From NCBI GenBank assembly GCA_000091205.1, contig AP006501.2: DNA of 64,000 nt, one strand, 5' to 3'. Positions 32,422 to 44,634 of the stretch are shown here, in pieces. The notes under the pieces are model-generated. The model searched no databases. It was given only the letters and a program-made list of their open reading frames with translations, and was not told the DNA's origin. How positions within the stretch are numbered: the first letter of the stretch is position 1; each line of letters opens with the position of its first letter. The position numbers were made by a program, and so were the translations under genes. The DNA is from Cyanidioschyzon merolae. Taxonomy: Eukaryota.

Positions 32422-34239
32422 CCGAGGAGACTCGATACCGACTGCACCTCAACCCGGGATGAAGCGACTCGAACGACGCCGGCTGCTCGTGAGGCGCACT
32501 ACGCTGGCCGGGCGCAGCAGCGGGGCGTGCGCAGCAGCGGGGCGTGCGCAAAGCGCTTGGGCATCGACGCACAGATGCATATTACGGCCCTAATTGTTCT
32601 ATTTTATTCTGGATCTTCCAGGGCCCTGCATGCGCGACGTGCCGCAGCAGGCGGCATTCCATGGTGTGCAGGCTCAAGATGACGCTGACCTGCTCATGAT
32701 GCAGTTTTATTACGGGGGATCCCTGGATCGAACGGGGTATTTGGTAGATACGTCGTTGCTTTGCGCAGATGGTCAGCAGAAGGAACAATGCTCTACGACC
32801 ATAGAGTGTACATCGATATATATCCACTTAGAGACGCTTTCCAGTGTTTTTTGACCGGCAGAATGCTCCGGGCTTCAGTTTCCCCCTGTATACTACGAGC
32901 GTGAGACGCTTCCCCGCAACGTTAAATCGCTTCAGTTCCTCGGTTCTCTTCTTTGGCGCTAGACATCGTCTTATATTCATGGCAGCGTTAACGTCTCGGA
33001 TCACGAACCCCACGCGTGCATTGCCTCTGGTGGAACTCATCAATGGAGGCATTCCTCGAACTCGTACCTTCTGTGCCAATACGGTCTCGTCGTTGGCGTG
33101 TCGGGCAAGCACCTTTTCTCGTCTACCTCTCCTCTTTCTCTTCTACTACTTTACCACTTGTTCTTTTTCGCTTGATGGTCGACGAGAGAGGATTTTGTTT
33201 CGTTTCTTTTTCAGGCAGCCGGAGACACCAGATCCCAAGATCCCCTACTTCCGTATCCATCCCTTTGCCCTGAATTTTCATTTTTGAAAATGGACGCACT
33301 TTGAACGTATCTGCTACAAACCGCGAAGACGCATTTGATCACACTCACCCTGGGGTGCAACACCATTGAAGCGAAACACTACAGTGGGTGCATCCATGAT
33401 GGCACACCAGACCGCCTGCTTCCACCGGGCACCATGCAAAAGTACCACGACCATCAGTCAGACTTTCCTCTCCGAATCATGGATAGCTCCAGAGCTACGT
33501 TGGACGTCGAGCCTGGTGTTGGCTGGAATCGCGGCGCTCAGCCAACGCTCAGCTGCAGACACCGCACAGAGACGGGACGGCTCTGTGGCATCCGCATGGG
33601 CGTCGGCTCGAGACCTGTACATAGTGGCGGTCCCGAACGCAAATTATAGGACGCTGTGAGATCCTGGTGAAGCATCGAGCAGTGTTTGTCGCAGAAGCCG
33701 CTACACGCGCACCTATATACCTATGAAGACTCATGTCGGTGTGGATGGAACGTGTCCACTCACTGGACACGTACATTCCGGAGGTTCAATCTCTTCCAAC
33801 TGATATCAAGATCAGCCTCTTGGGAGCTACTTCTGCGACTGCTTCCTGTTCCCCATTTGTATATCTGGATTTCAAAACGCCGGCTTCTCGCGTCCTTTTA
33901 GATCCATTCTCAGCAGTCGAAGGATTTTGGTAGCAGCGTCCAAGCCACGGCTTCGCTGTTGTCCTTGTTTTTCGCGCCCAGGCAGGAGATGCGATGTATG
34001 CTTCGGTGCACCGTTTGCAGAGCCGTCAACGCACAAGGGTCAGGTATTCCCATGAATGTCCCATGCGCATCATACTTTCGAAGGCTGCTCTGTGGCGCCT
34101 GTGCGCTTGCTTCATCGCTCACTTCATGCTTTTGACGGGTACAGAAAGATCGCCTCGATGCCCTCCACCGGTTCCGCGCCCGATGCAGCAGCGCTCGATA
34201 ACATGCGTCAGCAGGGCGAAACGCCTCGGTGCACCGCTG

Positions 34240-35049
34240 ACAGCGACAGACGCAAGCACTGGCTCTTCCATTCGATTGCGAATGTCTGGATGGCGATACG
34301 GTCCGTGAGGAAACAGGTACCCGAGACAAAGTCCATACTGGAGGAAAAGTTCCGCAATTTCGACTCAACTACGCTCCCTTCGCACCCACACGTGACCTAT
34401 TGACCACCGGAGGCGATCGCTACGATGACTGCAATCCGGGTCCTTGGCCGTTTTCCATGCAAGCTGAGGAGCGCGGAGCCGCTGGGAGCGTGCTCCCCTG
34501 TGAGCGAGGTATCATGCTGCAGTCGACTTTGGTATCGTGGATGGCTACGACGAGATGCGGATTCGTGTTTCGGAAGACATCGATGATCGGACGCGAGCGG
34601 TTCCGTGAGCTGCCGCCTCTGACAGCCTGTGGTCGACTTGTCACTGCGCGACGTCGCGATGCGCTCGATGTGCACCCAGCGGCGCGAGTCGCTGCGTCCA
34701 CGCGGTGCCTTGGCGGGGAACCATCGAACACGTGAAGCGGGCGTGATTGGAACATGCTCCGCATTCGCACAAGAGCGTCACGGAGGCTTGGAGGTATGCA
34801 CGGGATACTGATATCGGTTGCTTTATGAACCGTACGCGGGAGGCGTCACGAGTCGCGTTGATTACGGTGACGTGCCGATGCCAGCGGGAGAGCGTCGAAC
34901 ACGTCACTCTGGACACTCGATCGAGAATCCCTGAACCTCGTATGAAACCGTTGGCTCTGACAACTGCCATCGGCATGTCGAGGCTATGTGTTTCTGAAAA
35001 CCCAAGTCCGAAACAACATCCGAATACGTGAACCGTACGATCATCAGTA
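34240..35049 (+). repeat. Dispersed 810-bp element, copy B (near-identical to 23503..24312)
   Basis: Exactly 10,737 bp from copy A, same orientation, ~99.4% identical. It ends 406 bp upstream of the VPS13-like ATG. Confidence 0.8.
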
Positions 35050-35454
35050 CCATGGTGTCCTACCACGTTCTCGCCGGCGTCTAGACGCGCGCCCGTGCAG
35101 TGTTGAGTCTCGGATGCGCGGGCGTGTGCAGTTCCATCTGAATCATGAACAAGTCTGAACTTTCATAGATAATCTTGAACGGAGCGTTTCTTCATCCGGC
35201 ATGCGATGCGATGCGCTGCGCCGAGCCCCAACCAGAAACGCCTCCAGCTCCCGTTGATCCGCGAAACACTCGTACTCGCGGCTCGCCGCGCGAACAGCCA
35301 TTCATGGTGTGCCGCAGAATTCGCAACAGCTCCTTGACGTCCTGTATCCAAAACGTCTGGAGCGCTAGCACGGCGCTTGCGTACAAGTCTCTAGCAAGGC
35401 AGTTGCACCTGCAACCGCGCAAAGCCTTCAACCGCGAATGGTAACACCTGAAGC

Positions 35455-35972
35455 ATGCTGGAACGTTTTGTCGTGCAAAGGCTCTTGCGCTTCCTTGGTG
35501 ACTTTATCGAAGGCGGCCTCCAGGAGGAGCAGCTCTCGCTTCTCTTCGGTACCGGGAACAGCGTTGAGCTGCGGGATGTGCGTATCCGCTCGGACCGTCT
35601 GAAAAGTTTGCTCGCTGGAATCGGTTCGCCGGTGTATGTCCTGTGCGCCTCTGTGGGTACTTTGCGCGTGTCCATCGACCTGCGCGGGCGCGTCGCTGTA
35701 ATCGTCCGTGACCTCGTCGTTGTGCTCGCTGACCAGTACCCCGAGGCCGAGACCCGCCGGTCCACTGCCAGAGAACGCTATCGCAAAGCGATTCTGCGGA
35801 TCGATCAGGCGCAACGTCATTTGCGCCTGCAGCAGGCTTTTGAGGCAAGACCGCAACGCTCCGCCGCTACCGCCTCCGACGATGACAGCACCACTGTTTC
35901 TTCTTCGTCTTTAGCGGGACAGCGTTCGAGTGCATCCCCTCGTCGTCAAAACGACCGCCGCGATTCTCAGAC

Positions 35973-36011
<39 letters not shown>

Positions 36012-39000
36012 AGGAAGCGGGTGGGCCTTCTTCGGCTCCGGTGTGATCGAGTCGCTTATCGCGTACGTAGCGGATCGTCTCAGCATTCAGGTGGAGCGTG
36101 TGGTGCTCGGCTTTGCCGACCAAGGCGTGGTCATGCGCCGCGCCAAGGAGGTCTCCCCTCGCGGTTACCACTGGATCACTGTAGCATTCCTGGATCGCAT
36201 GCTGACCTCGGACTGGTCCCCGGAAAAACAGGAAGCCCCGTCCCTGGAACCCGCAAACGTACCAGGAACAGCTGCGAATCGGAGCAAGAACTTATTCGGT
36301 TCCGCACAGACAACAATTGTTCGAAAGCGACTTGCGCTCTCGGGGCTGCGTCTTAGCTGGATCCCCGACGGCAGCAAATCCCTCCGCAACATCAGCTGGA
36401 GTGATCCAGAGCTGGTACGCGAGTCTCTTTGGCGAACACGCGAAGAAAATGATGCCGACATTCTCGGACCCATAGAATTCGGCATTGGTCTCTACGTGAG
36501 CGGCTTCCGGGACTCGTTTCGTACCTGCATTCAAGCCACAGGGAACAACCTCGACTGCTCGCTGTCGCAGCTCCAGTATCTCGATATGGTGTCGGCAGCG
36601 CTGCGTCTGGGTGTTGGTCAAATAGCCAAGCTGTCTCTGTTGAGTGAGGAAATGACACGTGGCTCCCAGGAGTCCGCTGATCTTGGCCCAGGGATGCGAA
36701 AAACCGCCAGAGGCGAAGGAAGCGCTCCTGGACGTGCCGCAGCCCGCGAGCGCTGGGTGCAAGTCGTGCGCCATGTGCGACAGTCTGTTCGCCGTCGACA
36801 CGTCCCCTGGACCAGAGAGCACCTTTCCATGCAATGGACAAGACGCAAGCAGTACTTGGCGACATATTTAGCAGCAAATGTCCGCAGCGACAACCATTCC
36901 TGGCGTCTCGTGCAAGCGCTGGAGGAAACGATGGATTTAGAACAGATTCTGGCTCTGAGGGCCACCGCGGAAGCGTTGGTGCAACGCAGTCCACAGGAAG
37001 CGCTTGCGCTCTGTGATGAGGTGTCCATAGCCGCCCTGGTGGTGGTCAGTACACCGCGTTTCCAGCGTCTGCGACAGCAACGCCTAGTCTCCTGGTGCTT
37101 ATGGATGCTCTCCTGCATTTGGAGACTCGGCGCGCTGCTCTGGAGTGTACTGGAACGTCGCATATGGGGTCTGCGGCCGCTAGCCCACAAACTGGTACAG
37201 ATAGGGCGCACGCTGCGGCCGCCAATTCTCCAGGTATTGGCCGGTCAGTGGCTGCTCTCAGCGCCGACATTGCTTCCCGCAACCTCCGAGGAGGACGCCG
37301 ACCTCAGCCAGACAACAGAACATATCCTGGGTTCACTACATTCCTACATCCACACAGACTATGAGCGTTTCCTGCAACAACGCGACCTTCGCAGCAAACG
37401 TGCAAGTTCACCGACAGCCGCGCTAGCACCAACCCGAACATCGTCAATGCTTTCTGGCGAGCACGGAGGACGGAGAACTGCATGGGAAAGTGCGCTTGCT
37501 GCTGAAAGTGCAGTATTCCAACTCGATGTATCCGTGAACCGCGTGCAGCTGGCACTGTTCCAGGAACACCAACTAGTGGCGTTCACAGGAGCTCGTGCGT
37601 TCGCGGCACGCAGCAAACTGCTCAGCACCGCAGCAGTGCAGCACATTGGATGCCAGCTGTTCATCTCGAGTGCCCAGAACCTTGCAGTACGGGCCTGGCT
37701 GGCCCAGCTGCAACTCCGGGACGAAGCGAACAGGATCCTGGTGTGCAACCGCTATTGCCCTGGAAACCATGAGTCCGCTCACGGGACGCAGCAGCCACAG
37801 GCCCGGAACGCTGAAGAATCCGTTCCGGAAAGTGACCTCTCGTTAACTGGGCGCGATGAAGCACCCGAGGCTTTCCAGTTGCGACTGTGGAATCCTCGCC
37901 AAGGACTTGTTGATCTGGAACTGGATTTTGCGCCCTTGTCCGTTCGGATTTCCGCTGTACTGGTGCAGGCTTTGCTCCGGTTCTGGATACCTGAAACGCT
38001 GGCCTCCTTTGCGATGCAGGGCAGACGGTATGCTGCGCGCGTCCTACATGGTCTCCAAGAACGCCTGGTCCGCTCTGATGATGCTACTCTTGTTCAAAAG
38101 CTGAGCTCCATGTTCATGCAGCTTCGCTTTGGAGGTATGTTCATTGTTTTCGATGAAGACTTCCGGCTTCTGGAAGGCGCTGCAGTGACCTCAGCGGAAC
38201 AGTCGTCAACGTCACCCGAAGCATCACCTGCGTCGCTGGTGCTTTGCGTACAGCTCGCTGGAGCAGAGTTTCTCATGGGCGAGGAAACCGCCTTGACCGC
38301 TCACAGACAACCAGCGGATCAAGCGGTGCTCTTGGGCATCGACGCATTTGCCTCGTCCGTCCAGAAAGCACAGCAGGTGTTTGCCTTTCTGTCATCGTCA
38401 TCATCAGAGACGCGGGTGGACTTGCAGGGTACGGGCACCGACGAGCCCGCGCAGCAGACCCCACCGGAGACGCCCTATGTGGTCGACTCTCGCGTGGTGC
38501 TGCGCTTTCCGGGCCTAACGATCGGCTGGTGCCATGAAACCTCCGTTGAAGCGGCTAGCGCAGTTGTGCCCGTGCGAACGCTCTTGCAACTGGGCACCTT
38601 GCGGATTGGCAACACGATCGAACACTGCCTCGTAACGCAGGATCAACGACCCAAACTCCTAGCGCGGATTCTGGTGGGCATCCTCCTGGAACGACTCGCA
38701 GTGACTGCGGGCCTGAGCGACATCTGGGCGCTAGTGCAGGTCGCTTTGCGTTACCAACGTGTCATCCAGGATATACAGGTGATTTTGAGAGAAAACGATG
38801 CAGATCTATCCACGACGAGTCACCAGAACAGTTTGGACTCGCTTCGGGAGGCAAGCATATCATCGAACGCTTCGTCATCATCACCAGTAAGGAGTCGTGA
38901 AGCAACCAACTCGATATCGCGGGAGCTCGGTGCTGCGAAGATGCATCCGCCGCAACTGCAACAAAAGAGAATGCGAACACGCGAACGTGAACCGCATTTG

Positions 39001-42000
39001 CGAACCGCGTTATCGTTGAGACTGAACGAGCCCCTGCATGTGGAACTAGCTCTGGATCATGGCAAGTCTGCGACGATGACCCGTCACTGGCTACTGCGTT
39101 CCCGGATCGGCGTTCAAGGGCGACTGCTCCTGTACTCCAACCAGTCGATGTTGAGCCAGCTGCAGGCAAGCGGTATCAGTGTGGAAGCGGATGCATCAGG
39201 AGAGCGGCCCCGTTCCTGCCAAGTGCTGTTGGTAGCTCCCTTCCAGGGCGAGTTGGAGGCAATCTTCGAAGCCGCTGCTTCTACTTCTACTTGTACGACT
39301 AGTGATGCTACCGCGCTGCCGACACTGGACTGCGCACTGCGCTTGGATGCGATCGATGTGGTGCTCCCGTTCTCGTTTATCAGAGAGCTGGTGGATACTG
39401 GACTTGCATTCGGTGCCCTGTTGCACCAGGAAGTGACCCGCGCTGCGCCACCCGGGTCGCTGGAGACTCCGGTTACCATCACCCGGACAAGAGCAGCGGA
39501 TGATCAGGAGCCGTTCCTCTGGAGCGCAGACTTGAGCGCCCTGCCTGGCAACGCGAGCCTTGTCTTCGAGTTTGCTACCTCGGATCGAGCTGGCTACCTG
39601 GGAGTCGACCATCAGGGCCGCGTCCACGGTCCGGTACCCCTGGAACAAGCTGCGCGTTTCCGCGTTCAGCGGGTGCGACGCAAGGGCGCTCCCGTCGGTG
39701 TGATGCTGAAGCTTGAAACGGACCAATCCTCGGGCATGACCAGCACTTTTACGGTGCAAGTACTCGCGGACTTGTCGGATGTGTCGTTCGATGGACGTAC
39801 CACGAAGCCGACCCCAGCTGGGCCACACCTGGGTATCCGTCGCATTGCACCGGAGCTCCGGGACGAGGTTTGCCAACGCTCTCTGGAGCGGCTTTCCACG
39901 AACGGTACGGAATCTTCGGTGCTGGAAGCAACAGCTGGTTCGGAAGCAGGTGAATCCTCGGGAACGCTACCAGCAGCAGCAGCAGCAGCAGCAGCAGGGA
40001 CTCTCGGCTCATCCGGAAGCGCAGGTAACCGCCCGGAACGCAGCCGCTCCCTGAGACGATGGCTCGGAAACTCCGACTCGAGTACTCGATCCAGTACTGA
40101 AGTCGGAAGCGCTGCAGCAGACAAGGCGGATCGTCGCCAGCAGCGAAGCATCGCTACAAGTGCAACCAAACGAAAGCGTTGGCGAACCCGAGTAGCGGCT
40201 GGCGCTGGTGCTTCCACTGCTTCTGCCGATGATGATGATGCTGATGCTGATGATGATTTTGGTAATGAGCGCAACGATCAAGTGCTGCGTGCCTGTACCT
40301 GGGAATCTGTACCTGTTCATGGCGTGGCGGAAGCAGTCCTTCTGAGGCACGAAAAGAGCGGCCACTGGATAGGGCGAACACCAGCAGCTGGACCTGTTGA
40401 AGCGCACGACGCATCCAGTCCGGATGAAGCGCTGCACCTTGACTTGTTGCCCGGCGCTAGTGCAGCGCTGCCGTTGCGTCCGCTGCTCCTGCAACGGGCC
40501 CAGCACTTGGCCCAGTTCCAGCCGCTGATACGGATTCGTGCACAAGTGGCTGCCGCGGGCGTGCTCGTTCGGCTCTACGAATGGATGGACGAGGCAGCTC
40601 GCTATCGACTGCCGTTGTTAGCGCTCTCCGCGGTACCCATTGATGTACAGTCGGAGGTTTGTGTGTACCCCAGTGCGGCTGGCGTTGAACCGGAGCTCTC
40701 ACTCGCGCTCTCGTTGTGTCCGACGGTGAGCAGCTACCGTTTGGCACAGAGGCGATGGCGCGACCTGCTCGAGCCGGTGCCACTCTCTATGCAGGCGAGT
40801 TTGCGGGGAAAGCCTCGGTTTGTGGCGTTCCAGCTGCAGTTGGGCACTGCCGAACAACCGCTTCGGTTGCATGCGTACCCGCGTGGTGTGCACCTTATCA
40901 GCCAGCTGCTGATGGACCTCATGGATCGGACTGCAGCTTCGCGACTCACCACGGACTGGTGGTATTTCCACAACGAGACCGAAGCGACCCTGCAGTTGCA
41001 ATGGGACCTCAAAAACAGCACCCAAAACGTCGACAACGATGATAATGTCGACGTCGACGAGCCTGTTGTCGTCTATCCGGGTCAATCGGTGTGTTTGTAT
41101 CCGCCACGAGCCCTGTTGAGGCGAGCGCTGGTGCGCCTTGCGGACCTGGAAGCCGCCGCTCGTCAAAGAAGCGACGTTCCAGAGCCGTTCACTGCGCGTA
41201 TCCAAGTCGTGGGCTTCGGAACGCTACCTCCAGTACCGCTGCAAACGTCGGATGTGGTATCGCTGCCGCTCGAGCCGGACCCGGTTTGTACGACGAGTGC
41301 CACGCCAAGCGCCCGAACTCCGGTACCTGCAGACACAACCGAGAAGCAGACGCGTGGCGGTCGAGTCACCGCAGCATGCTCTGCACCTGCTGAGCGCTCC
41401 GTAAGCATTGCACAGCGCTCTGGAACGGAGTATCCGGCTGAGCGGGCTGGTGCAGACCCGACCACTTTGACAGCGACACGGGCGGCATTGTCCCAGCGAG
41501 TGTCCGCCGAGCAGCGGCTACCGACGGATGCACCTTTTGAGGTCCGGGCAAGTATCGACACGATGCAGCGTGGAAACGCAGCTGCACAACCACGTCTGCG
41601 TCTCCCAGGAGCAGCAGCAGCACCAGCAGTAGCAACTGACTCGACTCGTCGTCGTGTCGACGACAGTGAACGTGCGGCGCCTGTTGTGCTCTACTGGGTG
41701 CGCCTTAGCGATGGCTATCGTGACCATTTCTACCTGTACAGTCGGACCAAAGTCGCGAACCGTTGTCGAAGCATCGCCTTGTACGTACACGGTTTCCTAC
41801 CCGAGCACGAACGCCGTCATGCGGAAACTGTGCTTCGGAGGCAGGGGCGATCACCAGCGCTGGTGCTTCTGCAGCTGGGACGCACAGCAACTGCGCTTCG
41901 TTCAGCATCGAAGGAACCTTGGCGCAAACTCGGTCGAGGATTACGAAGCTTTTTCGGCATTCGGTCAAAGACACGGGCGATTCCCGAGCGACCAGCACCG

Positions 42001-42354
42001 CTACCCGGCTTGCCAGCGGAATCGTCTGGCTCTTGGTACGCGCTGATGCCGGTGAACATGCCGCAGTCTGAGTCCAGTGCCTCTGCAGCACCGGTTTCGG
42101 AACCTGCTGCAGGTGTGCTGGAGCCAGAGCAGGCACTCTTTCTGGGGACTTTCCTGCGGCCGACGCGCCTACGCCTGCTCCCCGTCACATCGACAAGTCA
42201 ACGCGTGTTCAATGAGGAGGCGTCTGCTATCGGAGGTCTAGAGTTTCCGCTCGTTGCTGGCCAGCTATCGCTGACGAGGAGCTATTTCCTGGTAGCTGCA
42301 GCGGTGGACGCTTCGTGTCAGCGCTTTCGCGTGATGGAGGTGGGTGCTCGTACT

Positions 42355-42389
<35 letters not shown>

Positions 42390-44595
42390 TCAACGGCTTG
42401 CGAACGAATACAACATTCGTCCGGCATTGACGATCCTTCACGAGTTGCCGTACCCAGCTAGTCTGCAAGTTGTCGACGCCGACGGGAACCTGCACTCGAC
42501 CTACGCCTTGGACGCTTGGGGCTCGGTGGAAGTTTGTGAGCTCTGGGGCCCGCCACGCGAAAACCTCTTGGTGCATCGCCTGCTGGGCAGTGCAGGCTCG
42601 ACACGAGCGCCAAGCACCGAACCCAGTCGCACAGACGGGAATTTCGCACCAGCACCAGCACCAGCACCAGCACCAGCACCAGCACCAGCAGGAGATGATG
42701 ATGAGGATGATCATGACGATACTGATGTGACTGCCCGCACCGTCGCCATTGTGCGTCTCCAGAACGCCAGTTCAGCAGGTAAGCGGCCCAGTACACGTAC
42801 TGGGGCGACTGGAAAGGCCTCGCTTGCCGCAAACTTGGCCTTACACTGCGAGGTGGAGCGCCATACCCTCTCGTTTCGCTTCGGCTACTTTCGTGCTCGC
42901 CTTGTCCGCAGCGAAACCCGCGGCCGTATCCTGGTGCTCTATGCTCCGTTTCTCCTATGCAACCAGGTTCCGGGTATTAGCCTCTGTTTCCGCCATGTGC
43001 AAGGAAACCGTAAGCCACTGCCTTCCGCACAGCGTCAGCTTCGCAGGATCGGCAGTCAGGCGACATCCGCAGTGCAGCGACTAGCGGGACAGGCGGGAGC
43101 GGCTCCAAAGCGACTCGGAGCACATCTCCGGCCAAGAGAAGAGGCAACGATGCCCGAGCGTGGAACGAGTCGTCACCCGGCTCCAGTATTGTCGTCGCCG
43201 TCGACGTCGACGACGACGACTTTATCATCGGCTGCGGCCTCGGCTCCAGTGGACACTGCACGCCATCTGGGCACTGACGTCCAGGCTGATAACGATGATA
43301 ACGATGGGACTGTTCTGACGAGTGCATCGGCAGCGTCTCCCGAGGTCGTTGCTGCCGACGACCCGGACCCAGAGGCAGTCACCACAGAGATTGCACCTGC
43401 AGCGTCAGAAACAGCGGTCGTCTTCGATGCTGCTTCGGAGCCCGAGTCAGCGAGCACGGTTTCCGCGGACACGCTGACACAAGCGACCCGCAGCGATACC
43501 ACAGCGGTCGCCGCTACCCTGAACAAGCCGCAACGTCTGGTGCATCGAAAGAAAGCGGAAGCGTCGCGACAGTTTCTGGTGCCTCCAGTCAACCTCGCCG
43601 AAGAAAGCGGTGCGCCCAGCTCCGATGCATATCTGTACTGCTGGAAATCACAGCAAGCGTTGATCTGGGTGAACGGAGCACCCCGCCGCAATACCCAACA
43701 TCCCGTTCGACTGGCACCGTTTGGTCGAGGTAACAAGGGCTTTGGGGTGCCGGATGCGCTCGTCGGACACCTGCTCGAGCTTGTGACCCAGGTAACGCTG
43801 CACAGCTACCGAGACCGTACTGCCGTCCTGGATACACCGCTCCCGAACGCGCGGATCCTACAGCTACGACCGCGGTTTGAAGTGCGGAACACACTGACGG
43901 AGACCCTGAGTCTATGCGACGCCGTAGACTGGGAGCGTTTTCGCCTCGAGCAGGCGCAACACGAAGAGCACAAGGCCACACTGCCGGTATGTGCGGTGTC
44001 TGGGCTCGTGCCCGGCATGCAGCAGGTGCCGGCAGCAGTCAGCAGCCCAAAGCAGCCCGGACGAGCAGCGGTCACTTTTCATGAAGCCAACAAGGGACGC
44101 TTTGCACGTATTCGCCTTGACGATACCGGGTGGTCGGGTCTGATCGACTTCACCGACCTGAACGGAACGAGCGTTGCGCTGCCGCGAGCTCGTCGTAACG
44201 CTGACCAGTACTGGGTCGACGAGCACGTACCAGTGTATGGGAGTGTGAGGATGGATAATGGACGACTGATCTGGACGTTTCAGAGCAAGCACGTCGCTGC
44301 CAAGGGAATTCGCTTTGTGAACCGGACGCGTTTCGACCTGGTGGTGAGGCAGAAAGCGAAACGCGCTGATCGGTTGCGCTCTTTGATGCGTTCAGCAACA
44401 CGCGATGCCTCCCACATGATGGTACAGACGCTACGCGGGGTCACTTCTGGAGCAGCGAGTGCAGCAGCGAGTGCGTTCGGTATGGGCATGCGTAACCGGA
44501 ACACCGGAACCGGAACTGGAACTGGAACTGGAACCGCAACCGCAACCGGAACTGGAACTTTGTCAACAAGTGGCTCTCGTACGCTTGCCGCCGGT

Positions 44596-44634
<39 letters not shown>

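Noticed and set aside
32700-32775. tRNA-like T-loop string (ggatcgaac / gttcgatcc on the opposite strand)
   Set aside because: Acceptor and D-arm pairings cannot be formed by eye, and the apparent stem is a palindromic ggatcc site. Not called.
23503-35049. LTR retrotransposon hypothesis for the two 810-bp direct repeats
   Set aside because: The 9.9 kb between them encodes housekeeping genes (GlnRS, DHHC, UBL-FKBP) on both strands with no gag/pol-like ORF. The repeats lack TG..CA termini and target-site duplications, and 810 bp with unrelated flanks fits a dispersed element better than a pair of LTRs.
42265-42714. Minus-strand ORF containing CWCWCWCWCWCWC
   Set aside because: It is antisense to the VPS13-like gene, and the CW repeat is simply the reverse complement of the (GCACCA)n Ala-Pro coding repeat. 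Other long antisense ORFs inside the 3729-aa and 1880-aa genes are rejected for the same reason: a GC-rich sequence keeps frames open.
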